Below the pieces are notes generated by a model. The model had not been told where the DNA came from. It worked only from the letters and a program-made list of their open reading frames with translations, and ran no database searches. Position numbers and translations under genes: made by a program. A stretch of 63,629 nucleotides of DNA, counting the filler, from Choristocarpus tenellus KU-1152 (Eukaryota > Protista > Phaeophyceae): the NCBI GenBank assembly GCA_964200185.2. It is 9 parts of 9 records of this genome, joined end to end, with 100 filler letters (N's around TTAATTAATTAA, not from the genome) between each part and the next. Parts side by side here need not be neighbours in the genome. Positions count along the whole stretch, not along the records: positions 18,380 to 27,236 come from CAXNAD020004252.1; positions 27,337 to 33,662 come from CAXNAD020008388.1; positions 33,763 to 46,130 come from CAXNAD020001860.1; 6 more parts are not named here. The stretch is one strand, 5' to 3'. Positions within the stretch are counted from its first letter, which is position 1. Every line of letters begins with the position of its first letter. Positions 23,768 through 37,200 of this stretch are shown piece by piece.

Positions 23768-25604
23768 ATGCGTTTGCTGTATTTCTTGGCCTGGCTTGTG
23801 ATTTGTCCAGACTCAGATGCTTGGGTTTCCCCAGTAAGACAGTTCAGGTGTACAGCCTTACACAAGTATGCATCGCAGCGATTGTGCCAGAGCACCAACT
23901 CGGCGGAAGAGGAGGGGTCGCAAGTGCCAGACCAGGGCAATTGGGCTAGTCCAGAGGGCCTTGAGGAGCGGGTTGAGGTAAAAGACCTAGGGAAAATAGA
24001 AGAATCAGATGAGAGCATTCTGCAAGAGACAGAGAAGCAGACCAAAGTTCCTTCAACTTTGACATCTCGTACGGAATGGCGTATGTTCCTATCGCTGAAG
24101 GTGAGATTGTTGCACTGTGAGACAGTGGAGATGCGTATTGGTTCTAAGGGATCAAGGATGCTGCTGAGTGTTTCTAGGGCTCTGACTATAAGACCCAACA
24201 CATTGCAGAGATGAAGCAGGGTGAGTCAGAAATGCGTCCGTGACCCAACGCATCCTCGCACTTTTGCCGTGTTTTGTTTAGGACCCTGTCAGCAATAGCA
24301 ATGGTGGCGAAGTGACGGAGGTGGCTGTACGAGTGCGATTTGTCGAGGAAGAGGGTTTCGAGCCCCCAAGGGGGTTCATGGAGGTCCTTGAGGCGAGTTA
24401 ATATTAATAAATCTACCTCTTGTTTTTGAAAGCTGCGGTTATTTCTTGCAAGGCCGTTTTCTTCTTCCTCAAAGCTTCCTAGCTGCAAATCATGATTCCC
24501 ACTTGATGGGGCTTGGAGGAAGTTACCATGGACCTAATTCCTTCACCTTCACTGTCATATATTGGTCTCCAGGATAATCCAGCCATCCCAAAGCAGGGAG
24601 GAAAGGCTCGATGGTCGTTGTCAGAGGACCCCGAGGAGCGGAAAGCTGGACTGTGGATTTGGGGGCTCTTCAAGGAACCGTTATACCCATTCCTCCTCCT
24701 TCAGTTGGAGAATCTTGAAATTGTAAGAGACTGGTCCCACCCTACGACGATGTGGAACTACAGGATTCAGTTTCTTTCTCGTGGCATACCTGAATTGGCG
24801 ATTACTCATTACCCTTTATTCTTTCACAAAAGTGACCCCAATTTCATTGGCTATCCTCTCCATCTGACCATGTTATACCACACTATCAGCCACTGAAGGG
24901 TGGAGCTGTCATCAATCCAGGCGTTCTCTTCATCAAGATCGATCATAGAAGGGATGCAGAACTGGGGGTGACTCTCGATAGTGGGTTTGTCGGTGTTCGT
25001 GAGTTGACTCGGTGAGATGCCCCTTTTGCATAGATGACATTGCATCGGTGTAGGTATGTTCCATAGCAAAATTTATCTTGTTCCAATGTCAATCAATATC
25101 AGTCTTAATTGTGACCTATTGGGTGCTGTAGCACTATCTCATTTTGGTGATGCCCTATTGTTCTGTACTATATACTACTTCTCATATTCCTTCCTTTTGG
25201 GTTTTGATTACTCTTCAACTTTACATATATATGGTTTCTTGACGTGATTAGTGAATTGCACCTGTCTGCATCACATTTTTTCAGTTACCTTCACCTTCAT
25301 TCTCAGTTTGAACTAAAAACGTAAAGCTCCAAGAATATTCTAGCTATTCACAGCTAATAGCGCCTAGGTGTCAGAACGCCTTTTCATGAAGTAACTGCCT
25401 ACCTCTAGGTTTGATCTTGTCACCTTGATTCTTCCATGAATCACTTACTATGTTTTCCAGCGTGACAAAATATGTTGTTGTCCCCCCCACTGCCTCAAAC
25501 ACTCATGTTCACTTATCAGCTTCAAGGCAGATCCAATTGGAATGGCAGAAGCAAATGTTGCAGAAGTCCGACCATGCGGCAAGGCGCGCTTCCGACCAGC
25601 ATAG
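23768..25604 (+). CDS. Conserved hypothetical protein with bipartite plastid-targeting presequence (about 266 aa)
   Basis: Exons 23768-24100, 24282-24392, 24573-24722, 24890-25011, 25520-25604 give an 801-nt open frame ending in TAG. Signal peptide ends SDA|W, followed by an R/S/T-rich transit-like segment. Blocks FVEEEGFEPP, WSLSEDPEERKAGLWIWGLFKEPLYPFLLL and KADPIG. Confidence 0.8.
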
Positions 25605-26905
25605 ATAGTACAACTCTTGGAAAGGGTCTCACACCTGGTCTACTGCAACGAAAGAGACCTAGAAATATATATATAGGACGGGTTTGTCTGCATGACTCAG
25701 GTGGTAGTCTGTCTATTTTCTATCACAAGAATGCCTGGGATCAAACCCCGACCTAGTCCATTTTTCCCAATGAGATTCGACTTTGACGGACCATCTCGCA
25801 AGCACACCGGGGAGGTACACTTTCACCTTATCTTGGGCAAAACCACAAAAAAAAGGAACGTGCAGAAAGATCTGGATCATGGTGGAGAAGATTCTTTGTG
25901 GACGTAGAGGAACATGCACCAGATTCGAGGGAGTAGTACATTGAAAGATGAGCAGAAGGACTGTGATACGACTCAACCCGCTAGAAAAAAAAAGGGCAAA
26001 CACACAGAGCACTGTAATTAGTTGTAGTGCAGCAGATAGTTCAAAGGGGTAGAAATAATAGTGTAGTGTGCACTGCCATCTGACCACACACACGTCAAGG
26101 GCTGTAGATAGCATGGAGGTAGTGGAGATGTTTCCAGAGTAATGTGACCAAAAAAATAAATAATAATATTAAAAAAGTGGCACAATACTAGGGCAAGCTC
26201 GTCTGTGGATGCATGTTCATGGCATGTAATTTGGCAAGACCACTGAAGGGTATAGGTAGGGCGGAACCGTGTTGGGATGAGGTGCTATCAGGTGTGTGTG
26301 GCATGTCTAGTCTAGTCGTAATGTTTTTTTCTTCCTTCACTTTTCACCCTATTGGCAAGGCGTACTTTCAACCTTCCTGCTGCAGGCAAGACCCCTCACA
26401 GTACTTTAATAGGAAGGGTCGATATATTCTTTCACTTCTTGGACTGAGCTGTGTCAGTCATGGGAGAAAAAAAACAAACCGAATCAGACGTAGACAATAG
26501 AAATGGGAAACTGAGCAGATCCCAGGACTAACTGTTTCTTCAACATAGAAGGACCCATGTGCAGAGAACAGAACCTCTTTTCCTCCTTGGAGCATGAACT
26601 TCACATCACAAACTTGATGAACTTGACAAAAACTGGGACTTCCATCATATGAAAGATCCTCCTGTCGCACAAAGTTGAAGGAATTACATGCGAGAGGCAC
26701 TGTACAGCAAATAATAATAATATTGTGTTCAAAATGTACAACACCAAAGGATCAACACCCCACCCGATTGAAGGCCTCACTTTTTTCCAGTGGGTATAAT
26801 ATTTTCATTGCAGAGAAGCACTATAGATTTTCCACAGCACGGCTCAGAACAATAGTTCTAGTATAATACTACAACTGTGAAAGAGAAACAAAAAAACAGT
26901 TCTCA

Positions 26906-26906
26906 T

Positions 26907-26941
<35 letters not shown>
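26906..26941. repeat. (GA)n microsatellite
   Basis: Visible GA dinucleotide run. Confidence 0.9.
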
Positions 26942-27101
26942 GAGCCGGAGGTACGGGATGACAAGCAACATGAGTCGGAAGTAACTTAGTACTGCCTACA
27001 TTAATATTGCTTGAAAGTACCCAAAGTACAACATGAAGTATAACATGAAGCACAAACTGATTCAGTACTATAGTGGACAGCACCATGACCTTTAAGATCA
27101 G

Positions 27102-27212
27102 TTACAACAGTAATGAATCAGCACAGTCATTGCCAAGTCGTTTTCCCAGAAGGACATAGGCACCACCGGGTTTCATCTTACGCACTCCGACATTCTCCAG
27201 CATGTCTCGCAT
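27102..27212 (-). CDS. Possible terminal exon of an unidentified gene at the contig edge
   Basis: cag| followed by MRDMLENVGVRKMKPGGAYVLLGKRLGNDCADSLLL*; upstream exons would be lost in the gap. Confidence 0.3.
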   Translation of the reverse strand: MRDMLENVGVRKMKPGGAYVLLGKRLGNDCADSLLL

Positions 27213-27236
27213 CTGCTTGTCGGGGGGCGGGGGGGG

Positions 27237-27336
27237 NNNNNNNNNNNNNNNNNNNNNNNNNNNNNNNNNNNNNNNNNNNNTTAATTAATTAANNNNNNNN
27301 NNNNNNNNNNNNNNNNNNNNNNNNNNNNNNNNNNNN
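27237..27336. other. Assembly spacer
   Basis: N44-TTAATTAATTAA-N44. Confidence 0.98.
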
Positions 27337-27582
27337 CTTAGAGGGTAGAGCCGCGTCCATTTGGGGGCCAAAATCCAATGTTTCGATTTTGATATAATTT
27401 TGGCTATCGTGTTTGTTAGAAAGTGTCAATATCCTTGTTCTGGACACACCTTTTAATAACATACTCATTTTACCTACTCCTAAACAGTTTGTAGTAGGAA
27501 AATGTCATGAAAACCCTGAGGGAAGCCAAGCCCCAAATGGACAAACAGGGAAAAACTCATATCCCCTAAGATACTTTCATTC
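27337..27582 (+). mobile_element. MITE subfamily A (left end cut by gap)
   Basis: Collinear with 27831-28089 and 8637-8896. Confidence 0.85.
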
Positions 27583-27830
27583 TTTTTTGTGTTCTCAGGT
27601 GTGGTAGCGGAGTATTTCAGTAGTACTGCATGTTTGAAATAGTTATCCTGGTGGCATTGTGTGATACCCTGAGCTCCAAAAATATCAACATACGAACAGT
27701 CCTCTAAAACTCTACCCCTTCCTTTATCCCACCTTGACGTTTCTTTGAATACCTCAATCCCAGCACCATTACCCAGCCTTGAATATCCCCAATTTGCCAA
27801 TTAATTGAGATAAAAACCCCCCTGACCCTA

Positions 27831-28089
27831 GAGTCAAAGCATCTTAGAGGGTAGAGCCGCGTCCATTTGGCGGCCAAAATCCCTTGCTGATTTTTTTTTG
27901 TAATTTTGGCTATCGTGTTTGTTAGGAAGTGTCAATATCCTTGTTCCAAACACACCTTTTCATAACATACACATTTTACCTACTCCAAAATATTTCGGAG
28001 TAGGTAAAATGTCATAAAAACCCCGTGGTAATTCAAACCCCAAATGGACAATCAGGGCAAAACTCCTACCCCCAAAGATACTTCCACTC
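27831..28089 (+). mobile_element. MITE subfamily A with CCTA TSD
   Basis: ccta|GAGTCAAAGCATCTTAGAGGGTA...AAGATACTTCCACTC|ccta. Confidence 0.9.
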
Positions 28090-28156
28090 CCTAGCCCCAC
28101 CTCTAAACTGAAACCTAGGAACAGCAATAAAAATAAAATTGAGCCCTGTTCCTTTC

Positions 28157-31100
28157 CTGCAGGTCGACGTCAGCCCTTATCTGCTTCACGCACACGGCGC
28201 TGTCCTCACTAATGCGCATGGTGATCTTTTGTACTTCTGCCTTGAGGTTTCCGAGTTTGATCTAGCACACGATTGATTTTGGCAAGCGTATGGGAAAAAA
28301 AAGAGTCACAACTGGGTCCATTGTCGAGTCAGTCTGGGTTGATGTCAGGGTAAGGGCAATAACTAGAGCGAGATCAGAAAATATCTTGTTCAGTTTGTCC
28401 ACATGTGTCTGAAGTCTTTGTTGGTAGTCGTATTAATGGTAACATTCACATTTTCAGACCACCACACGTGGTGACCTGTTTTATGATCAATTTTAGTTAT
28501 CATTTCTCGCTATCAAGACAACACCAATGATGAAACCTGATGAAACTCGGTGAATAAAGAAGGGCCAACATCAGAGCATGGCCAGGTGCATAGGTATTCT
28601 AGTTAGGGATAAATGGTGTTGGGTCTTTGGACAGAAGCCAGATGGCTCACTCTAAGAGTAGTTCACACTCTTGTCCTGACTTCACCAGCTCAGACTATTG
28701 TACTGACTTTGTATGAGGCATCAGCAGTCCAAAGTAGTTTTAGGGCAATTGATATCCTTACAAAATTGGCAAGAGCAAGGTTACTGGCAGGACAGAGAAG
28801 GGTGGGGTGCGTGAGGCCTCACACCTGAACCTCATTGGACTCCTGGTCCCCCTTTTGCTTCACTTCCGCTCTCTGCTCGGCATGCTTCTGGTGGAGGGTA
28901 TCCACCTCTTCATTGTACCCAATCTGAGAAGCGATGTTTGGTATGGTGTGAAATGAAACTGTTACTTGGTTAGAGAGGTTTGTGAGTGGAAGCAGATTTC
29001 TGCGCAGGAATGGGCATCTGCGGTTCAGTCTCGAAAAGGATCAAGAATGAAAGTTACAACACTGAACGGTACAAGGACATGGTACCTGTCAAGTATTGAG
29101 ATACTACTGTTCCATTGAACTTTGGTATAGAAGAAGTGTGTAGCAATGGTATTTCAGTATTTGACAAAATCAGAGGTTGTGGAAATCGAATCCCGATTCT
29201 ACTGCTTCCTGACTACCCAACTGCTGGAGGGTTAAGATAGAACGTGAAGGTGGAGGGTCTGGGGTATCAGCTCATTAGGAAACGTGAAGTTTGAGATGAT
29301 CTCTGAGGGAGGGCATACGATTAGTGGGGTGATGGGCCATGGATTGTGCTCCCCAGCCTTTGATTTGTCAAATATTGAGATACCAGTGTTCCACCTGTCT
29401 GTTTTGGTGGAGTAGAGGTATCTCAATATTTGACAGTTTTTGACGGCATTAAAAGCAAGATTGGACCAATCAAATGGCCTAATTGAAAAACCAAGTGGAC
29501 GAGGCACATCTATCCTGCAACCTCAAACTTGACATCACTCAGGTCTACTACTAAACTTGAACTGCATGGAAGAAACAGGAGAGTTGGGACGATCATCAGG
29601 CTGACACCACAAATTGCCGGTCTGGAGGAACCCCAAAACTGGTGAGAGGTTAAGGCACAGGTAGGCCAAAGAGAGGACAGCACAATCCGTTTTATACATG
29701 GAGATGGGCTTCAACATGTGTGTACGCACAAACAGATATTCTACAGGTGGTTAGGGGAACTTGAGAGAAGGCCTTGCCCACTGTTTTCTTATGAGCTCAG
29801 AGCATCTGAGAGGCTTTGATTCAGGACAAGTCGAAGGGGATACACCTCCTCCTTGTCTTCCATCCTCTCAAAGCGAAAAAAAAACAAAACGCACAAGCAT
29901 TATACTTTGAAAGATTATATATGCAACATTCAAACCAATATCAAGATTTGCTCACCTGCTGCATGTCACTCTGCTGGTTCATCTTCTGCTCTGCGACTGT
30001 GCTAATGACCATAGTCTTGCCAGACATCTGCTCGAAGATGTCCGCCGGAAGCTCCACGTTTTTTATCATCACTGCTGTGATCATCACACCCTGGCCACAA
30101 CCACCAGCCCATGCAGTTGTCCATCGTCACATGAGCTTGAGTTAGGGCTGGTGCCCGTTCTAAATTGTGCACTATTCCTCGTACTGTAAGACTTTTTCTT
30201 TTTTCTCGTTGAATATGCATTGTTGCAAAAAATGTGATTTTTTTCTCATGCCCCCACACTCCCCCTCATCTTTGTGTGAGACGCTGAAGTGACTATATGT
30301 TGTCACCACAGCCTTTGAAAGAAGTCAAAATTGAAATGAAGATGTTGTGAACGTCTAAGTGGTGGTTTTATTGTCCTGATGGCCCTAAACAAATCTGAGT
30401 CGACTCGAAGAAGGTGATGGTTTCCCAAAGAAAGTTGAAGGAAATGTGGAAAGGGGGCATTATTGCCCCTTTTGTTCACAACAAAAGCAAACAGCCAATA
30501 CTGCTTGCAAAATTTCAAATGACATTGTGTTTCCCCGATAGACCCCCAAGACCGTCTTTTAGTCTAAGTATTGGAGAGGTAGGCAAGGTTGCATTTTAAG
30601 GATCCCGAGAATTGGCAAAAATATGTCATTTTGTACAATTGCAGAAAGAGACTTTGCTGAATTGTGATGTCACTTTGTGTGTGAATAGGGGGGGGTATCA
30701 ATTTTGCATACATATAGCACTGAAATAGGGTTTAGTGCACAGGGTAGGAAAGATGACTTAGAATGCTAGAGAGCTCAAACCCTCCTGCTTCCAAAAGTAT
30801 TTCGACCATTTTCTCAATCAGAGCTGTTGCAAACACTGACGAGGCGTTGTGTTGCTCTCGTAACAAAAAAATTGTAACTCTTAAAGATTGTTGAGAAGAG
30901 GCAACGGCTCATTCACATAGCCCCAAATATACTTGAACTGAGCCCATATGACGTAGGAAATGTTGAGGGTCATAGTATCCTAGAGGGGCGAATGTTTTCC
31001 CTAGGTTGTCCATTCAGGGCTTGATGATGTGTTGTAAGATACCCCATTGATGCCTGTTTTGCTAATGATGATCCTTCAACTTTGTGCAGACAAGGGAACG

Positions 31101-33457
31101 GAAAAAGCAAGGTGTGCTCAGATGAAGAAAATTTTCCTTACATCGGACAGACTTACTTATATGACATGAGGTTCAAAGTATCTGGGTGGGGGTGGCGGCT
31201 GCCCATTTGGGGTCAATTTTTTGATATCGCGATTTTTGGATGATTTGGTTGCAAACTTGCGTTGGATAATGTAAATGCACTTTTCCTGATTTTGGACCAA
31301 ATGGACACTCTGGTGTAGACACCTCCCCCCCCCAGATGTTTTGGGTCTGGAAAGAACTACAGGGTCACACAGTCTCCCAATGGACACCTTTCCCACCCCC
31401 TAGGGCACTATGGGTCTGATGTAGCAACACAAAACGCTCACACAGAAACCCCAGTGCTCCCTGAAAGTGTTGAAAATGCAAGCATTCAAGGTACAACTTG
31501 AAACTGAACGATGCATAGGTAACGTGTTACGTCCACAGTCCCAATCGAATCTAATTGTGGGTGTGCATTCTTGTCTTTGTATTTTCATTTCATCATGGCC
31601 CCTATCCATGTCTGCGAGACTATGTTCTCTCTTGGTACTCCAACATTTTTTATACTGTATTGGCTGGATGCTTGGGAAAGGGTTTCTTTAGGTTGGATGG
31701 CATAGTGCACTGGTAACTGAAAGATGCATGCTGGGGAAAGGGAGTATCAGGTGAGGTTAGGGTTAGGGTCAGGGTTGAGGTGATGGTAAGATACATGGCC
31801 GGGTAAGATATGGCACAAGAGTTACTCTTCCACCAATAGAAATGCTGGGAGTTTAGTCCAACCAATCAGATGTTTTTCATTCTGCCAAAGTTCCTCGACC
31901 CCTCAAACTCAGCTCAACTAGTGTAGTGTATGAGAACAGACTTTTTAATATAGTCGGTGTGGTGTATGTGTTTATTTTGTTACTTCTTATCAGGGTGCAG
32001 GGTTAGGGATGCGACCATCCGTACCGCCTGCATATATTGTACTTCAGGCAGATATTTCTACTTCAGTCAGTTCATTGACGTCAGAAAAATGTGTATTGTA
32101 GCTTGCACAAAACCTTTATCTTTACAGGTTTCTACGAGCATTCGTTGGTGGTGCTTTCATTCCCTTCCCTGGACCCAGCCCTCAATGCAAAGTCTCATTG
32201 TTGCAAAACGAAAAAATCTATGGAAATTTGATGGTGATGGCGTCCTTCACATTACACCACCATAGTCAAACTATCGTCAAAAACTATTGCCGGGTGAGAA
32301 ATGTTACAGGAAGGGTGTGAACTGGGGCACCATGGCATAATGTCAGAAAGCAATGACAGCTCACACAACCTGGCCATTCCCGCGCGGCTGAAAGTTTCGT
32401 TTGACTGCAAAAAAAAAACACAAGAAAAAATCGGTTGCCCCAAATCCCACGCTGCTGCCAGATGACGTTTACTACCAGAACCGAACCCGAGCTGGCTCAG
32501 AACTTTGCCTTTCTGACTAGAGAGGCCTTGAGCAGATGGCATATAATCTTCTGGTGTGCAGTCTCACCTGGGGCTGGAACTGTTGATCGAGGTGAGCCTT
32601 CATACGGAGGCAGTGCAAGGTCCCCTTTTCTGATGCGCTTATTGCGTTTTGGGCATCTGTGGCATTGTACTCACCTATCACTACAGCCTGCAGATGCAAG
32701 TAAAGGATCGATCATTTTTTTTCATGCAGGTATTTTTGTAGGCGTCGTGTAGGTACTGAGTCAAAGTAGCTTAGAGGGTAGAGCGGCGTCCATTTGGAGG
32801 CCAAAATCCAATGGTGCGATTTTGATGTAATTTTGGCTATCGTGTTTGTTAGGAAGGGTCAATATCCTTGTTCCGGACACACCCTTTCATATCATACACA
32901 TTTTACCTACTCCGGAACGTTTCGGAGTAGGAAAATGTCCTAAAAAACCTGTGGGAAGTCGAAAGCCCCAAACGGACAAACAGGGCAAAACTCGTACCCT
33001 AACCCTACGATACTCTAACTCTACTGCACGCACTCCATTGCCAACAGACGGTAAGGGCTATACATATACTCGGAGTATGTATATATACGTACATAGAAGT
33101 TTATGTGGTGTGCGTAGACAGGTATAAATAAAAAGAGGTTTGGAATAGGTTGAAAAGGTACGGATTAGAGTCAGAGCAAACCACTGCAGCGATGTTGCAA
33201 AGAGCCAGATAGAGCCAGTCGCCTCCCATTCACTGCGGAACACCAAAATGCACACCAGAGTTCGTCCTTTCAACTTCAATGCTCTGGCAAGAAGGTTGTC
33301 TTCCTCCTCCTCCTCTCACCTCCTGAGGATCTTGGTAGCCTTCATCGCCTTCCATTGCCTCCAGGGCACCCTCCTCTCCTCGACTAGTGTCTGTGCCCGC
33401 TGACCTCAGCCCATACACCTCAGTGTGTTGCATCGTACGAGCAAGGCCTCGCACCTC
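28157..33457 (-). CDS. SPFH/band-7 domain protein with C-terminal coiled coil (internal exons only)
   Basis: Phase-0 exons 33457-33320, 32687-32568, 30090-29956, 28923-28825, 28261-28157. They read EVRGLARTMQHTEVYGLR...MKAHLDQQFQPQ|GVMITAVMIKNVELPADIFEQMSGKT..AEQKMNQQ, matching the SPFH G(V/I)x(I/V)xxVxIxxVxLP signature. Confidence 0.8.
29087..29435. repeat. Two inverted copies of a 70-80-nt hairpin element in an SPFH intron
   Basis: 29366-29435 has a perfect 19-bp stem TGTCAAATATTGAGATACC/GGTATCTCAATATTTGACA; 29087-29166 is a diverged inverted copy. Confidence 0.8.
30585..30785 (+). repeat. Diverged dispersed repeat, second copy at about 35920-36125
   Basis: Shared GGTTRCATTTTAAGGAT...TTTTGTACAA...CTGAATT...AGTGCACARGGT...TGACTTA. 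Confidence 0.6.
31170..31347 (-). mobile_element. MITE subfamily B
   Basis: GGTTCAAAGTATCTGGG...CCCAGATGTTTTGGGTC, collinear with 20772-20945. Confidence 0.85.
32758..33021 (+). mobile_element. MITE subfamily A with TACT TSD
   Basis: tact|GAGTCAAAGTAGCTTAGAGGGTA...GATACTCTAACTC|tact. Confidence 0.9.
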
Positions 33458-33662
33458 CTGTATACATGGGGGTGGGAGGGCGCCAGGTGAGGGGTAACCT
33501 TTTCATTCGATTGCCTTTGTTCTGGTCCTCAACTGCTCACTGCGCTCAACCTCGTGTTAGATCATGGTACAAAAAATCGCATGAGGTGGATTCGGTTGAG
33601 TTGTCACTACGGCGATAGTCGGTACTCCACAGCACATACTTCAGACCCAAAGTATCTGGGGG

Positions 33663-33762
33663 NNNNNNNNNNNNNNNNNNNNNNNNNNNNNNNNNNNNNN
33701 NNNNNNTTAATTAATTAANNNNNNNNNNNNNNNNNNNNNNNNNNNNNNNNNNNNNNNNNNNN
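33663..33762. other. Assembly spacer
   Basis: N44-TTAATTAATTAA-N44, preceded by a MITE-B start at 33644. Confidence 0.98.
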
Positions 33763-33932
33763 GTGGCCTCATACATAGTGCTTTGCCCGCCCCCACACCA
33801 TCTCTATCGGGTTCAAGTCGCAGTGGTACTTTGGAAGTATCAAGCAGTGTCCTCGACAATGCTCAACCAGAATCATATCCTGTGAGTGGCTTAAACAGTA
33901 TTAAGCCGAGGTTAGCGTACGTACCGTTTTGG

Positions 33933-34257
33933 CGGTGACCAATCTTGTTTTTTTTTTTTAAGGTTACCCAACGATTTAATCAACGATCAGCATATCTAAT
34001 GGAAGCTCTGGATATCGGCTATCGATTTACTCAAAGAAATTCTTTCGGAAAAATGTTTTTGGTCGTGATAATTCATTCCCGAGTTTTTTCAAGGTTGCGC
34101 TGAAAACATTCGGTTAAAATTTAACCTTTCCAAAATAATTTTCCGAAAAAGTTCATTTCCGGAATTCGATAGCTTAGATCAAGAGCTTTCATTCGATATG
34201 CTGATCATCGTTTAACTCGTTCGGCAAACGTTAAAAAATATCAAGACTGGTATCATC
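33933..34257. mobile_element. Foldback/MITE with about 130-bp imperfect TIRs
   Basis: GATCAGCATATCTAATGGAAGCTCTGGATATCGGCTATCGA..TTTCGGAAAA pairs with TTTTCCGAAA..TCGATAGCTTAGATCAAGAGCTTTCATTCGATATGCTGATC. Confidence 0.75.
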
Positions 34258-37200
34258 CTAGTGGTGACTGCCAACACTGTAGTCCCAAACACTACATGGA
34301 GGGAACTACATTTTTGATGAGCAACAGAAAAAAAGGGGATTTTGTGTGTGTGTAACTGGAATTCACTCACTCTTCTTTTACCCACCTTTTTTAGGAAGTC
34401 TAGTTTCTCCTTGCTCTGTTCAAGTCATTATTCCTCAGTACTCATAACGATTTTGATGGCTACTACAACAATAGTAGTATTGAATCTGCACTGCATCTGC
34501 ATCCTCTATCTCAGGTAACAACAGATAACACAACTTATCTAAAGATGGAGATATCCCCCCAGTATTTTCAAAGTCCGTGAACCAATGCTTCATGTTCCTG
34601 GTGTTGGACTCCCTGATTGTCATTTGTTGCACGCTTGCTCAATCCATACCCTCTTACAACCATGGACCCATCAGGTACACTGTTTCATTCACACAATAAG
34701 GTGGGTCATAAGACTAAACACGATATATCACCAACTACATCAATCCAATACATATAATAGTCATAATATCAACTCGTAAATATTGCTCAGCACAAGGCGC
34801 CCCACACAGCCAACATACATACACCATCTTTCGAAGTTACTTTTGGTTGGTGTGCAGGGGTATTACCATACACAACGTAGTAAGGGTGTTATGCGTGGGA
34901 GGTTTGCCTCACGTTTGTGTCGATCACGCCATCAATACAAGGATGCTTGGTTTGGACAGGGTTGAAGGTCATTGAGGTCCACAGTAGATGCCCCAACCTC
35001 ATGACAGTGGACCATCGAATTGTTTCCGAGAAGCAGTGAAATTAGAGGGCGGGTTTACAAGAAAGGAATCAAACGGTGGGTGGATCTGTATATGTGGCAG
35101 GAACTTCGGAGCGATCACTGGCCTCACTGGCAACTACAGCAAATGCCATTAAGAAGCAAAATGCACAAGCGAGAACACCTTGAGTGTTCTAAGGTCATCG
35201 ATATATGTGGATACTTTCTTTTTACCATTCCTATTATGTTTTGTACCTTAGTTCATGATGATGATAGCTATGTGATAGCAAAGATTGACCATGGACGGTA
35301 AGATTTTGAAATTTTTCTTGGTGGCTTAAGCCAATCTAGTGCATCAATCACCAACTTGCCTTTGCTACCAAACTGGATCATACTGCAGGTCTCCTATAGA
35401 TACGAAGAAGGAACTGACAACGCCACCAAACCTCGGCAGAATATTTCACCTACATTGCCCCCTACAAGCTCTCTGGTGAAGCGACTTCAACTCCTGTATC
35501 GAGTACTACATACCCTACCATGAGCAGTGTCGCTTCCAGTGTGATTCTATGCACTGGTTTCGCCGTGTCATGCATGTGAAAAAGACAATTCTAAGTTGAA
35601 CCGAGGTCTTCCCCTGCCGGCGATTGAAAAGGGGATGGTGCAAGCATGAAGCAAACACACTCTGGTAACAATCAAAATCACTATTAACACTAAGGAACCA
35701 TGGCTTGATCAGAGCCAGAAGAAACGAGATTCCCCAAGGGTGTGGGCACAACAGTGAATGAGCTCCAGTTACTTCCTAATCCCCCTACAAGTAGAAGTAG
35801 TCTTGGTTGTTAAAAGCTGCGTAAATAATTCAACAGCTAAGGTTGCAATGGGAATGGTAGAGCTCTCGGCATGGTACAGTTAACCCCTAGAAGTATTCAC
35901 TAGAAAATTTAGACCTATATAGGTTACATTTTAAGGATGGTGACCAAAAGGCAGAATTGCCTTTTTGTACAAACGTGTATAGGGGCTTTTCTGAATTCTG
36001 TCAAGCATTTTCAAGCCAAAAGATAAATGAACAGTCTCAAGTCCATCTTAACACTTCATTCACGAAATACAAGGGTGAAGTGCACAAGGTGAAAGAAGTG
36101 ACTTAAAATGTGAAACGCCCAAAACCTGGGCACCTCTCCATTACTTTACCTCTCCAGAAGAAATAATGTGTTCTAGACCTGTAGTCTAGAGATTTGATAG
36201 CATAAAGCAATGGCACAGAATCCCCTCAGAGGAGTGCTAGAGTGGTGGCAGATATTGCTAATTCCCTTGGTTGGTGGAGGCGGCATATAACCTCACGACA
36301 ATTCAATATATATGTGTATAACATTCTTCCAATGTAACTGTAAGCAGCAAGGGCACTACGTACTCTCAATGGTACTAATGTACTCGTAATGCTGCTGGAA
36401 GATCATTTGTAGCACTGAGGGGCTAGTAGCACAACTAGTCTTCCTGAGAGAGCTACATGCACTGGTAGAATAATGTGAAGCACACTCTTCCTTGCGGTGC
36501 AACCATTGCCATCGTGCTGTGTCATAAGAAGGTTCTGCATGTACAGTGCCTAATATTATAGAAAAAGAAGGGGTGTTGGTGCTAGCAGGGTTGTGAGACC
36601 CTCCTCTAGGAAAGCATCATTGGTTCCACTCTTCGACTAGTCACGATGTCCTGGCTACTTGGTTCTCCTTTCTGCTGGTTGTCTTGTGATTATCTGTACA
36701 CATCAAGTGAGTATTGATGAACCATACCTTGGTCTGTTGATCCTCGTGTGACCGGTCAACCTATTTTGAAATTGGGTTGGCGAAGCACCTCTTAAAGTCC
36801 AGCTACTGGAGAAATCTTCTGGGAGTTGCATGCAGTAGAAGCTGCATCTGTTAAGCTGGTCTTGATGCCTGCACTAACTAGTACCTATCAAGAGCTGGTG
36901 ATGAACTAAGTACTATACATCTGTGATGCTCTGTAAAGGAGTGCCCCAACTAGTACTGGTAAAGAATGTCTGGATACAATTTCCAGACTTGGTTTTCATT
37001 TTGAACAAAGAGCTGAGAGCCAGCTGGTTGGAAAGAGCACAGTTTTGTACCTTTACTTGAACCTACCTTGTTGAAAATACTTTGGCATAGTGAGTAGGAG
37101 TGATACTGATAGCAAGATGATATATCACCTGCAAGGTACGTGCCTTTGTTAGTCCTTTGTGTTCTCTTACTAAATATTCTTCCCCCCCCCCTGACAACAC

